Positions 1 through 9,367 of a DNA stretch of 64,000 bases are shown here, one piece after another. This stretch comes from Candidatus Methanomethylicia archaeon (lineage in GTDB: Archaea; Thermoproteota; Methanomethylicia; Nezhaarchaeales; B40-G2). A model generated the notes under the pieces. It had not been told where the DNA came from and did no database searches. It saw nothing but the letters and a program-made list of their open reading frames with translations. The position numbers and the translations under genes are program-made. The stretch lies in assembly GCA_029259155.1 (NCBI GenBank), contig JAPDJI010000006.1, positions 24,470 through 88,469 of the forward strand. The letters run 5' to 3'. Numbering within the stretch: position 1 is the first letter of the stretch; each line of letters begins with the position of its first letter.

Positions 1-1
1 A

Positions 2-676
2 CAAGGTAGTGATGGGTAGAAGAAGTTTAAACCGTTTAGGTAGATTTCTCAGCGATAAGATGAAACCTCTAGTCGTTACGTAGTGTACGGTTTCTTTAAC
101 GAAATAGAGAGGTATGAGGGCCATGAAGGCTATAACTCCGGCCATCAAAAAGAATGATCTAAAATCCATGTTAACCAAGCTAAGTAGGACGAAGGCTACT
201 ATCGACCCTATGACAGCCCCAGCTGTGTCCAGGGCTCGGTGAAGACCAAAAGCCCTACCTCTCCAACTTTCAATTGCAGACTCAGCGATGAGGGCATCTC
301 TAGGAGGAGTCCTGATACCTTTACCCGCCTTCTCCGCTACCCTTAATCCTAACACGTGCTGCCAGCTTCCAACTAAGGTCAAACCCATCTTTGAGATAGA
401 TGAGGTCAAGTAGCCTAATGCTACGAGAATTTTACGCCTACCTAACCTATCTGACGCATAGCCAGCCGTTAACCTGAGTATGCTTGCTATGCCGTCGCCG
501 AGGCCACCGATTAATCCTATAGCTAAGCCTCCTCCGCCTAGCGAGGCTATGAAAAGTGGAAGGGCGGGCATGATCATTTCACTGCTCACATCGGTGATGA
601 AGCTGACTGCCCCTAAGAGAGCAACGTTCAGCCCCAAAGCGCCGATCGCGCCTTTCTTACCCGACATCATGCGCAT
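2..676 (-). CDS. MFS transporter (runs off window start; not in ORF track)
   Basis: Manual minus-strand translation: ...LGAVSFITDVSSEMIMPALPLF...GYASDRLGRRK...AEKAGKGIRTPPRDALIAES...RGRAFGLHRALDTAGAVIG; MFS motif A; in-frame ATGs at 676/670/667. Confidence 0.88.
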   Translation of the reverse strand, partial: MRMMSGKKGAIGALGLNVALLGAVSFITDVSSEMIMPALPLFIASLGGGGLAIGLIGGLGDGIASILRLTAGYASDRLGRRKILVALGYLTSSISKMGLTLVGSWQHVLGLRVAEKAGKGIRTPPRDALIAESAIESWRGRAFGLHRALDTAGAVIGSIVAFVLLSLVNMDFRSFFLMAGVIAFMALIPLYFVKETVHYVTTRGFILSLRNLPKRFKLLLPITTL

Positions 677-759
677 CGTCAACCTTTCAATAGGACCGAA
701 GACTACTTTAGGTTTCTGCAGGGAGCTTCAAGGTCAAGCTTGCTTACGGTCTCCAACAA

Positions 760-856
760 GTCTGGGATGAGAGGCTTGCGATGGATGAGGGAGGTTAATG
801 AGTCCATCGCTAAGGGCTGAGGCCTAAAAAACCTTGATGAGACTAACTGAGGCTGG
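760..856 (+). ncRNA. Candidate K-turn/K-loop (box C/D-like) small RNA or structured leader
   Basis: 8-bp stem GCGATGGA/TCCATCGC (778-810); box C TTGATGA (834-840) and box D CTGA (847-850) closed by CC/GG; further CTGA at 817. Confidence 0.3.
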
Positions 857-880
857 TAACATGAAACTTTATCTTTAGCA

Positions 881-1951
881 GTGCCGAAGTGGGGAGAGGT
901 GTACCTTGTGAGGAGGGTGATCTATAACGTCACAGCTAAGTGTAATCTTCATTGTAGACACTGCTATGCTGCAGAGCTCCAAGGAGGTGTAGAGCTCTCT
1001 ACTGATGAAGCTCTGGGGGTAGTTGAGGAAGTAGCTAGGTGCTTTGGGAAGGACACCAAGCTCATATTTAGTGGAGGCGAGCCTCTACTTCGCGAAGACG
1101 TCTACGACCTTATAGAACATGCTTCAAGGCTAGGTTTACGGGCTTCGCTTGCTACCAATGGAACCTTAATCACTGAGCAAGTAGCTGAGAAATTAAGAAA
1201 ATCGGGGTTGACTGAGGTTTCAATAAGCTTAGATGCGGCATCTCCCGAGATCCATGACCAGATCAGGGGGCAAGGGAACTTCGAGAAAGCTCTAGAAGGA
1301 CTTAAAGCCTGTAGGAGAGCTGGACTTGAGATACTCATTGACCCCTGCGTGTTCAGTTTCAACGTTGAGCAAGTTCTAGAGCTTCTAGGTTTAGCTGAAG
1401 AGCTGGGAGCTAAAGGACTAAGAATTTTCCACTATATTCCCATGGGTAGAGGTAAACATGAGCTGCCTAGCGCGCAACTAACGACGGATAAGTACAGTGA
1501 ATGGCTTCAACGCCTCTACAACGAGCAACTACGTAAACCAAACATATCCATATACGTGACGCAGACCCCACAATACACACTGCTTCTAGCCAAGGGTGTA
1601 GAAACAGGTTCATCTATAGCCTCTAAGATGTATGAGGAGCTTAAACCGGGATGTAGAGCAGGAACCCACACGCTTTCAATTAAACATAACGGCGACGTCA
1701 CTCCTTGCCCGCTTTGGACGACAGCTCTCGGTAACCTCCGCTCTCAAAGTCTACGTGAAGCCTTAAACTCTGAGCTTGCCAGGAAGCTTAGAGATAAGCA
1801 GCGTTACCTGAAAGGTAAATGCGCCGACTGTATCTACGTTGATGTATGTGGCGGGTGCCGTGTAAGAGCCTATCAAGCTACAGGCGATTACTTCAGCGAG
1901 GATCCATTATGTAGCGAAGTTTTCTATAAGCCTCGTGGCGAGGAGGCTTGA
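881..1951 (+). CDS. Radical SAM/SPASM protein (AhbC/AhbD/NirJ/PqqE-like); likely start GTG 908
   Basis: CNLHCRHCY, SGGEPL, SPASM GCRAG..GDVTPC..CADC...CGGCRVRA...EDPLC. Confidence 0.9.
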   Translation: MPKWGEVYLVRRVIYNVTAKCNLHCRHCYAAELQGGVELSTDEALGVVEEVARCFGKDTKLIFSGGEPLLREDVYDLIEHASRLGLRASLATNGTLITEQVAEKLRKSGLTEVSISLDAASPEIHDQIRGQGNFEKALEGLKACRRAGLEILIDPCVFSFNVEQVLELLGLAEELGAKGLRIFHYIPMGRGKHELPSAQLTTDKYSEWLQRLYNEQLRKPNISIYVTQTPQYTLLLAKGVETGSSIASKMYEELKPGCRAGTHTLSIKHNGDVTPCPLWTTALGNLRSQSLREALNSELARKLRDKQRYLKGKCADCIYVDVCGGCRVRAYQATGDYFSEDPLCSEVFYKPRGEEA

Positions 1952-2793
1952 ATAAGGCTAAGTTTGTTAGAATGGAGGCTAGACTCAAGAAGAAACTATA
2001 CCGTGAAGTAGCGCTTAAGTCCCTTAAAGCGCTGATACATGATAGTGGCCCCTACTTTATCTTTGACTGCGGCTGCGGCGAAGCCTACGAAGCGGTATAT
2101 GGTTTCTTCCCAGTTCTCAGGCGCCTTAAGCTTAATGCCGAGATAACCATACTTCTACTCGACCTCTCAAAGAAAGCTTTGGAAAAGGCTTTACGTAAAC
2201 TAAAACAGACTTCCTCAAAAGGGATCGTTGAAGTTTACGCTGTGGTCTGTGATGTAGCTCATTTACCCTTTAATAAGGTGGTGGTTGATAGAGCGCTCGG
2301 CTTCTATGGATCAATACTTCACGAGCTATATATGCGAAAGTCTCTTAATGAAGCCTTGAGCGAAGCCAGAAGGTATTACAGGCTGATGGCTGGCTATGAC
2401 TACGTCGACCCAGACCCTCGAGGAGAATTTAAGATTAAAATAACCGACTTAAACGCTGATTTGAGGAAAAGAATCTTTAGGTTAGCCGAGAAGCTTGGAG
2501 AACAAGTCGATGATCTATGTAGGCTTTCTCTGGTCCTTGAAGCAGTGTATCAGCTTAGCTTTCCCGGCGGCCAACCTCTAAGTCACCTCCACTTTACTAG
2601 GAAGGCCTCCTCTATGCGCCGCCTCCTGAGCCGCCAAGGCTTAAGGTTAAGGTGGACGAAGAGATACGACATAGCTCCTGAAGTGGGCTTTAGGCTTAAG
2701 GCACTGGGGGCTGCTCATCTTTCCTTTCCCTTTCCGTTAAAGGGAAGATTAGCATGGCTTGCTGAGCGATATAAACACTCAAAAGATTTTTAA
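1948..2793 (+). CDS. Divergent class I SAM-dependent methyltransferase-like protein
   Basis: FDCGCGE motif I, LLDLS motif II, VCDVAHLPF; 4-bp overlap with radical SAM gene. Confidence 0.55.
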   Translation: MNKAKFVRMEARLKKKLYREVALKSLKALIHDSGPYFIFDCGCGEAYEAVYGFFPVLRRLKLNAEITILLLDLSKKALEKALRKLKQTSSKGIVEVYAVVCDVAHLPFNKVVVDRALGFYGSILHELYMRKSLNEALSEARRYYRLMAGYDYVDPDPRGEFKIKITDLNADLRKRIFRLAEKLGEQVDDLCRLSLVLEAVYQLSFPGGQPLSHLHFTRKASSMRRLLSRQGLRLRWTKRYDIAPEVGFRLKALGAAHLSFPFPLKGRLAWLAERYKHSKDF

Positions 2794-2856
2794 GTACGAA
2801 ACAGCCCACCGAAAAAGTAAAGACTTGGTGTTGAGTAAGGAGGGAAGGTTGATCAT

Positions 2857-3186
2857 ATGAGTAAAGACCAAGCAGTAGGAGCACTCCTCGTCTTAATATC
2901 CATAGTAGTCATGGTACTATACATATGGTTAGTGTTCTTTCCAGGATATCCTCCAGGACTATTGCCTCCCGGCATAGATGTCATAATACTGAAGTTAACG
3001 GGCACCGTCGCCATAATCATAGTCTTCGGCATACTAGCATGGATAGGCTATACGCTCGCCACCACCCCACCGCCTAAACCTATTGAGGAGATAGAGAAGG
3101 AGCTCGAGGAGGAGCTAAAGGAAACCGAGAAGAAAGAACAGGAGAAACCTGAAGAAGCTAAACCTGAAGGAGAGGGAACTAGCTAA
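2857..3186 (+). CDS. Two-TM membrane protein with acidic tail
   Basis: Two hydrophobic helices, WIGYTLATTPPPKPIEE, Glu/Lys-rich C-terminus. Confidence 0.75.
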   Translation: MSKDQAVGALLVLISIVVMVLYIWLVFFPGYPPGLLPPGIDVIILKLTGTVAIIIVFGILAWIGYTLATTPPPKPIEEIEKELEEELKETEKKEQEKPEEAKPEGEGTS

Positions 3187-3276
3187 GGGAGTTTCCAACC
3201 CTACATTCTTACATTTATTTCTAGCTTAGCTTAAGGCGGACTGAAGCTTTTAAGGGGCTAGGTCGCAGTTTCACCT

Positions 3277-3939
3277 ATGGAGACCGATGAAGGAGACCTT
3301 GCCAAGGTGGTTGAGGCTCTAAAACGTATTGATACCTACCCGGAAGAACTAGGCTTAGACTTAACTAAACCTGAAGGTAGGTTCAAGTGGCTGTTGGCAT
3401 CTATCCTGTTCGCTAAACGTATACCGGTCGAGATCGCTAAACGTACCTTCAAGCGCTTCATGGAGGAGGGCTTAACAAGCCCTAAAGCCTTATTGAAGGC
3501 TGGCTGGAATAAGCTCGTTGAAGTACTCGATGCTGGAGGCTACGTACGCTACGATTTCTCCACGGCCTCCAACCTATTAGAAGCCATGGAGACCCTTGAA
3601 AACCTAGGAGGCTTAGAGGAGCTCTACGAGACGTCTACGAGCCCTGTGGACTTGGAACGTAGATTGATGAGCCTTAAAGGTGTAGGACCCACTGCGGTAA
3701 GTATTTTCTTACGGGAACTACGTGGAGTCTGGAGTAAAGCTAGGCCCAAGCTTTCAAGTTTCGCTTTAGAGGTCTCTAGAAAACTTAGGCTTCCTGAGGA
3801 CCTAGCGGTGGTGCTGGAGCCTAGGCTGGTTAAACTTTTCATAGAGTACTGTAAACGTGGGCGCTGTCCATTATGTCCAGTTAAAAACTTTTGTTGTGAA
3901 GAGGTTGCGAAAAAGTCGACAGGTAAAAGGCATGGTTAA
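3277..3939 (+). CDS. HhH-GPD (endonuclease III-related) DNA glycosylase family protein
   Basis: LMSLKGVGPTAV HhH motif, GGYVRYD, C-terminal Cys cluster YCKRGRCPLCPVKNFC. Confidence 0.8.
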   Translation: METDEGDLAKVVEALKRIDTYPEELGLDLTKPEGRFKWLLASILFAKRIPVEIAKRTFKRFMEEGLTSPKALLKAGWNKLVEVLDAGGYVRYDFSTASNLLEAMETLENLGGLEELYETSTSPVDLERRLMSLKGVGPTAVSIFLRELRGVWSKARPKLSSFALEVSRKLRLPEDLAVVLEPRLVKLFIEYCKRGRCPLCPVKNFCCEEVAKKSTGKRHG

Positions 3940-3948
3940 TAGGCCTTA

Positions 3949-4347
3949 CTATGTACTGAGCCTCTCCTTAACGAGGTCTAGGAACTCGCCTGCTTTCTTT
4001 ACCTCGAACTGTATGAGCCCTGAATCTAAGATGTCTTCATGTAAGAGCTCTCCTTTAAACAGTCGGCTCCTAGCAATGAACCTCTCGTATAGTCCTCTCT
4101 TGGCGAGTTCAGGGTCGTTTCCTTCAAGCGACATTAGCAGCCTCCTCCTATCATAGTGACTTCTCGGAAGCTGAGAGTACAATTTGAGTATGAGTGCGTC
4201 AGCTGCCTGTATGACTGCTTCCCAAGCCCTCGAAGCAGCGTCTCGCATCTTTATCATGCTGTTCTCGGCGACGCCTTCCTCAAGACATTTTAAGGCTTCT
4301 TTATAGAGTTGGGAGGCTGAACTTATTAGGCCATCCGAGGTCTCCAA
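3949..4347 (-). CDS. PaREP1/HEPN-family protein
   Basis: Helical A..(K/R)AW.AV..A pattern (DAASRAWEAVIQA), PRSH, LH motif. Confidence 0.7.
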   Translation of the reverse strand: METSDGLISSASQLYKEALKCLEEGVAENSMIKMRDAASRAWEAVIQAADALILKLYSQLPRSHYDRRRLLMSLEGNDPELAKRGLYERFIARSRLFKGELLHEDILDSGLIQFEVKKAGEFLDLVKERLST

Positions 4348-4503
4348 ACTTCCCAGCCCTTAGGCTGCTAGGTCTCCCTCTATTTAAGGTAGACGGCGTA
4401 GTGGAAAGTGAGGTATTACTATTACTTTTTCTAGCGGCTTCGCTAACAGGCCCTCGCCTCCTTTATATCCAAGCGCTCCTCAACAACTATTTGTAAGTTA
4501 ACC

Positions 4504-5172
4504 ATGCTTGACGTTAAAAGATGTAGGAGATGCGGTATTTATACCGAGCTTTCTGATCATTGCGGAGAGCCTTGCGACACGGTGTTAGAGGGAGGTATGA
4601 GGCTTAGGTTGAGTAGGTTTATGACTGCTCTATTGAGGCATGCTGCTCCCAAGTATGGCTTGTCGCTTGATCCTGAAGGTTGGGTTAGCCTTGGCAAGCT
4701 CCTAGGCGTGATGAGGTCTAGGTATCCTTGGCTGCGTGCGGAGCACCTACTTGCCGTGGCCCATACCGACCCTAAGGGTAGGTTTGAGGTGAGGGAGGGA
4801 TTGATCAGAGCAAGGTATGGTCATACCTTACATGTGGAGCTAAGCTACCCTGAAGACCTGGAAATTAAGTTGTTATATCATGGGACCACTTCATCCAAGG
4901 TCGGCACTATCCTACGTGAAGGCCTCAAGCCCATGAGGAGAAGGATGGTACACCTATCTCCTACCTTAGAGGATGCGTTAATCAACGCTTTAAGGTGGAG
5001 GCGAACACCATCAATCATAGTGGTGGATACTGATAAGCTTAGGAGTAGAGGTGTTAAGGTCTTCAGAGCCAGCCATAGAGTCTACTTGGCGAAATATGTG
5101 CCTCCCTCATGCATCGTCAAGGTAATAAAGGACATTAAACCTTATACATTTGAGCGTAGTAGCTTATCCTAA
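4504..5172 (+). CDS. kptA: RNA 2'-phosphotransferase (Tpt1/KptA) with N-terminal Zn ribbon
   Basis: LSRFMTALLRH, DPKGRFE, IRARYGHT, LYHGT, GLKPMRRRMVHLS. Confidence 0.93.
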   Translation: MLDVKRCRRCGIYTELSDHCGEPCDTVLEGGMRLRLSRFMTALLRHAAPKYGLSLDPEGWVSLGKLLGVMRSRYPWLRAEHLLAVAHTDPKGRFEVREGLIRARYGHTLHVELSYPEDLEIKLLYHGTTSSKVGTILREGLKPMRRRMVHLSPTLEDALINALRWRRTPSIIVVDTDKLRSRGVKVFRASHRVYLAKYVPPSCIVKVIKDIKPYTFERSSLS

Positions 5173-5186
5173 GTAGGTGTTAGGAC

Positions 5187-5282
5187 ATGGCTAAGAAGAG
5201 GTTTTCTCGGATAGCAGGCTTAATGATAATGCTAATCCTGCTCCTCTCCATAGTAGCCTCCGCCATCCTCTTCATGATATAG
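5187..5282 (+). CDS. 31-aa single-TM micro-protein (below ORF-track cutoff)
   Basis: AGGTG SD upstream; MAKKRFSRIAGLMIMLILLLSIVASAILFMI*. Confidence 0.6.
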   Translation: MAKKRFSRIAGLMIMLILLLSIVASAILFMI

Positions 5283-5330
5283 AGTTGGCTTAATAAACCA
5301 CCACGTAACTCTATCCCTGGGTCGACCTAT

Positions 5331-5681
5331 ATGGGAGGAACCAAGAAGAAGAGCCTAAGCCAATTGGAGAAGCAGCAACAGCTTAAGGAGAAGAGGGAAA
5401 GGGAAAAGGCGGAAAGGGAGAAGCGTAAGAGGGAGGAGAAGGCGGAGAGAGATAGAAGCGTACGCATGTTAATAGCCTCTGATGAACAGGTTAAAATCAT
5501 AGAGCAGGAGGCGTTATCGAACGGTTACGTAACTCCCTACACCGTGGCTTCACGGCTTAATGTGAGGATAAGCGTAGCTAAGCTTCTCTTAAGAGACGTT
5601 GCGGCTCGAGGCATCATAAAACCAGTATCTAAGAGTTCTAGGACAATAATCTATGCTCCAGTCTCCGCTGCAAGCAGCTAA
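5331..5681 (+). CDS. rps25e: 30S ribosomal protein S25e
   Basis: MGGTKKKSLSQLEKQQ N-terminus; YVTPYTVASRLNVRISVAK..LR wHTH core. Confidence 0.92.
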   Translation: MGGTKKKSLSQLEKQQQLKEKREREKAEREKRKREEKAERDRSVRMLIASDEQVKIIEQEALSNGYVTPYTVASRLNVRISVAKLLLRDVAARGIIKPVSKSSRTIIYAPVSAASS

Positions 5682-5796
5682 GAATACACTTAAACGTGAA
5701 GGCTGCGTGGTTATTATTGAAGGAATTAACTATTCTGGTTTAATCGGGGATCGCGGGATTTTTAAATGGGTATAGGTCTAAAGGTTTGGTGTAATT

Positions 5797-6333
5797 TTGC
5801 TCGATCTGCTTAGTGAAACATTCGAGCCTACAGGTGTTGGAAGCCTCCTCTTCTTGCTACTGCCTCTATTGATTTGTTGCTTAGCTTCAACCTTTCTACG
5901 TGGAGGCTCAGCTAGTCAAGCTCAAGCCACAACAGCTTTAGAGGTCGATTCATGGTTTACCCCTAAGAACATCAATGACGCGTTCAATGAAGTATGTAAA
6001 GAAGTTGATAAATGGCGAGAACAATCTACAGCCTCAACCAGCGACAAAAAAGTGGTAGGACGTTTTCGGGTTTTACAATCCATCCCTCCAAGGCTTCATA
6101 GCGTATTTGATGAAAGAGAGGGTGAGATCACGTTTGAGTTGACCAAGGTTGAAGGGGGCGGTACATCGGTTAGGGTGAAGTATAGCCCAACAGCTAGGCA
6201 GCGTATATACGCGTTTAGGGCACAATCTGACGTTAAGGTTCCCTCGGCCTTAACGCTCAGTTGCCCTTCATGTGGTAGATCTGTTCTGAAAGACTATGAA
6301 GCGTGTCCTTATTGTGGAAGCAAGCTTAAGTGA
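5797..6333 (+). CDS. Membrane-anchored protein with C-terminal zinc ribbon
   Basis: N-terminal TM helix; CPSCG...CPYCG. Confidence 0.7.
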   Translation: MLDLLSETFEPTGVGSLLFLLLPLLICCLASTFLRGGSASQAQATTALEVDSWFTPKNINDAFNEVCKEVDKWREQSTASTSDKKVVGRFRVLQSIPPRLHSVFDEREGEITFELTKVEGGGTSVRVKYSPTARQRIYAFRAQSDVKVPSALTLSCPSCGRSVLKDYEACPYCGSKLK

Positions 6334-6794
6334 TACATATGGCTGCTTTAAACTTAGAGAAGCTCATTGCTCACCGCCACTGGGTAACGGTGAAGGTTGG
6401 CAGTAAGAGCATACGGGTTTGTGCCCGGTGTACAGGCTGTATAGTAGGCTTTTTCTCACTCCTCTTTCTCACTTTACATGTCAATTTCGAGTTTTTCAGA
6501 GCTTTATCACCGTATCTACAACTCACTGTATGTCTCCTTCTGGCGATGCCTGCAATGGTCGACTGGCTGACGCAGACCTACGGTTTAAGGAGCAGCACCA
6601 ATAAATTAAGGATCATCACGGGATTCCTAGAAGGGATTAGTGTAGCCTTCCTATCCCTCGCTGCCATCCCCTTCATTATCAAGATGCTAACCTTGTTATC
6701 TATCGGTGGAGGAGCCTTCACTTTAGGTTTTCTTTTAAACTCCAAGTTTAATGGAGGGGAAAATGACACCGCGACTTCATTTAGTAGTCGCTGA
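6330..6794 (+). CDS. DUF2085-family membrane protein
   Basis: VCARCTG, PAMVDWLTQ..GLRSSTNKLRIITG. Confidence 0.85.
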   Translation: MIHMAALNLEKLIAHRHWVTVKVGSKSIRVCARCTGCIVGFFSLLFLTLHVNFEFFRALSPYLQLTVCLLLAMPAMVDWLTQTYGLRSSTNKLRIITGFLEGISVAFLSLAAIPFIIKMLTLLSIGGGAFTLGFLLNSKFNGGENDTATSFSSR

Positions 6795-6826
6795 AGTTTT
6801 ACCACGAAGCACTCAGTAAGGATTGG

Positions 6827-7381
6827 CTAGGTAAACTCTGCGAGCGATAATCCTCTCCTAACTTTAGGCAACTTCTCTGTGGCGTTAATTACCCCGCTAG
6901 GGGTTCTTTCGACGTAGCCTAGCTCTAACAGCTTCTTTAACACCTTGCCGGGGTCTTTTACGCCTAGAGCTTTAAGGTCGTCAAGGAACCTCAGCTCACC
7001 TACGCTCCAGTAATCGTTAAGGTAAGCTACCGCAACCTCTAAGTCCTCCTTCACCTCTTCGAGCGTAAGTGTGGCTGGTGTAACTGTCTTCGCTACGGTT
7101 ATGCTCGGCATTGGTTCAGGGGGTGAAGTTTCAGTTTTTAACAGCTTAACCACGCTGGGAGCTGCTAATCCATCTAATCCCTCGACTACACGGTATCCTT
7201 GCGGGGCTTCAGCCACCCCTCTTGAAACCATCTCGTTCAATATTACCGCTACTACAAGCATCGATCCCATGTCTTCGCGCTGAGCCCATTCAACGAGTTC
7301 TTCGAAGCTGGCTTCTCCACCTTTCTCCTCTATGGCTTTACGGTAGCGTTCTAGGAGCTTCTCAAAGGCGTCTTCGCTCAA
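6827..7381 (-). CDS. Hypothetical protein, two predicted winged-helix domains and C-terminal PIP-like motif
   Basis: LNEMVSRGV and LKKLLELGYVER wHTH-like segments joined by a Pro/Thr linker; ends SLAEFT. Confidence 0.6.
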   Translation of the reverse strand: MSEDAFEKLLERYRKAIEEKGGEASFEELVEWAQREDMGSMLVVAVILNEMVSRGVAEAPQGYRVVEGLDGLAAPSVVKLLKTETSPPEPMPSITVAKTVTPATLTLEEVKEDLEVAVAYLNDYWSVGELRFLDDLKALGVKDPGKVLKKLLELGYVERTPSGVINATEKLPKVRRGLSLAEFT

Positions 7382-7418
7382 AACAAGTCCTCCACTAGTC
7401 TCTCTGGAGACAGGAGGC

Positions 7419-8069
7419 TTAAACCTCCAACGCCTCTTCTTTATCTACATTAACACTTTCGATGAGCTTAAGCCTCTCTGCTTGTAGCCTCTCAAACTTA
7501 GCTCTCCTCTCATACTTCTTTCGCCGACTCCTAGCTATAGTTACGAATATCCTCCTAGACTTCTCTCTATACTCTACTCTGAGCGTAACCTCCCTGTCCA
7601 TCCACTCGTCTTTCATTAATATGTGTCTGACCTTTTTTCGGTGGGGGAACCTGACTACCACTATAGGTATGGCTGTAAACCCCCTCGTCTGAAGTTGATG
7701 ATACTTTGCGTGAAGCTTAGCGTAGTCTTCAGGTCGAACGTGGAAGATGTCTCTCCTAGATACCTTACATTCTAATAGCTTAACCTGAGGCGCCTTGTTG
7801 AAGACTAGGATATCGACGCCTCCAAAGCTATGTTGGCTCTTAAAGACCACGCCTCCACGTTTAAACCTGTTATATAAGAACCTTTCAAAGCGCTCTCCAT
7901 CAGGGTATATCTTCGACCTGTAAATGTAGCTCTTTAAAGTCTCTTCAAGCTTGTTTTTTGCTTCATCCACCCTGCCGTCCTCTAGAAGCTTTATGGCCTC
8001 TCCAAGCGCCCTATCGAAGCGATGATGGTAGAGCTTCACATCATCCGCCCCAGGGAGCCGGGTCAACAC
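7419..8069 (-). CDS. Hjc-like PD-(D/E)xK nuclease with N- and C-terminal extensions
   Basis: GERFERFL...SQHSFGGVDILV...LLECK. Confidence 0.7.
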   Translation of the reverse strand: MLTRLPGADDVKLYHHRFDRALGEAIKLLEDGRVDEAKNKLEETLKSYIYRSKIYPDGERFERFLYNRFKRGGVVFKSQHSFGGVDILVFNKAPQVKLLECKVSRRDIFHVRPEDYAKLHAKYHQLQTRGFTAIPIVVVRFPHRKKVRHILMKDEWMDREVTLRVEYREKSRRIFVTIARSRRKKYERRAKFERLQAERLKLIESVNVDKEEALEV

Positions 8070-8105
8070 TATATTAGAGTGCCACTTAGCTTTACCGGTT
8101 AACAG

Positions 8106-8627
8106 GTGGTTGCCGTGTTAATAGGGTTGATATCAGATACACATGACAATATTCACGCGATCAAGGCAGCCGTATCCTTCTTCAACAGCGAAGGCGTCGA
8201 CCTTGTCCTCCATGCAGGGGACTACGTAGCCCCCTTTACTGCTGAATTTTTCAAGGAATTGAAGTGTAGGCTCATAGGCGTGTATGGTAATGTCGATGGA
8301 GATCGGGAGCTGTTGAAGGAGCGCTATATTAACATCGGGGCTGAGATCAAGGGGTTTATGGCTGTGCTTGACCTGTCAGGAATTAAGGTGGCCCTAATAC
8401 ATGGCTCACCTATGGAGCTTGTGAATGCTTTAGCTAAATGTGGAGAATACGACGTGGTGGTACATGGCCACACCCATAGAGCCCGCTGTGAAAAACTCGG
8501 TGTAACACTTGTCGTTAATCCAGGCGAGGCTTGCGGCTATTTAACTGGAAAGGGGACCATAGCGTTGTTAGAGCTGCCAGAGCTAAAGGTCAACCACGTA
8601 GTTCTACACGAACTAAATAAAAACTAG
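8106..8627 (+). CDS. YfcE/MJ0936-family metallophosphoesterase
   Basis: SDTHDN, HAGD, GNVD, HGHTH, NPGE. Confidence 0.92.
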   Translation: MVAVLIGLISDTHDNIHAIKAAVSFFNSEGVDLVLHAGDYVAPFTAEFFKELKCRLIGVYGNVDGDRELLKERYINIGAEIKGFMAVLDLSGIKVALIHGSPMELVNALAKCGEYDVVVHGHTHRARCEKLGVTLVVNPGEACGYLTGKGTIALLELPELKVNHVVLHELNKN

Positions 8628-8635
8628 TTAAATAT

Positions 8636-9292
8636 TCACTGCTCACTACTTACTAAGGCTTCCAAGTCCTTTATGGCTTTTTCAGCCTCCTCGACATTTA
8701 CTCCTCTCCCAGCTCCAACGAGGCCCGGCAACCCTCCAGCTACAGCTTCCTCTACGGTGTCGGCGGAAGGTATCTTGCCTTTAATCGCCACTGGTCTAGG
8801 TTCGAGGACAGCTCCTCTCACCGCTATTACGTCTTCTAGCGGTGTGGCAGCTATCATACCTACCACTTTATCTTCTAATTTAACTCTAAACACGTGGTCC
8901 CCTATGGTGGTAGTAGCTACCTTCTCTACTTTATAGGCGAGGCGCTTGGCTAAAGCCTCCTCCACTTCTGCTAAGGTTTTCTCTACGTGTTTCGCTACTT
9001 CTTCATCTGGTACACGTTTGAAGTATTCTATTTTCAAGGTGTTCAGCTTGAACCTGATCTTGCCATCCACGACCTCGTAATCCACCCTGGCCCTCACTAC
9101 ATCACCTTTATCCGACTCCAGCTTGTCTACGATGATCCTGTAAAGTACTTGATTAAGCTCAGCAGCAGCCCTAGCTATTTCTTTAGAGTCCACCTCTCCC
9201 TTAGCGACTGCTTCTCGTAGCTGGGCAAAGAGGGTTTTCTTGATCTTGTTGGCGTAAGCCCCTGCAATTATGAAGCCTGTACTTAGCTGCAA
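8636..9292 (-). CDS. DUF2258 / ThermoDBP-related nucleic-acid-binding protein
   Basis: LSTGFIIAGAYANKIKKTLFAQL...AAAELN...DKGDVVR. Confidence 0.8.
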   Translation of the reverse strand: MQLSTGFIIAGAYANKIKKTLFAQLREAVAKGEVDSKEIARAAAELNQVLYRIIVDKLESDKGDVVRARVDYEVVDGKIRFKLNTLKIEYFKRVPDEEVAKHVEKTLAEVEEALAKRLAYKVEKVATTTIGDHVFRVKLEDKVVGMIAATPLEDVIAVRGAVLEPRPVAIKGKIPSADTVEEAVAGGLPGLVGAGRGVNVEEAEKAIKDLEALVSSEQ

Positions 9293-9367
9293 GTCTTTTC
9301 ACCTCTCCTCTTTTTAATGAATAGGGGGATAAGGCTTTTAAGGTTGATAGTGATGCTGCTGCTGGCT

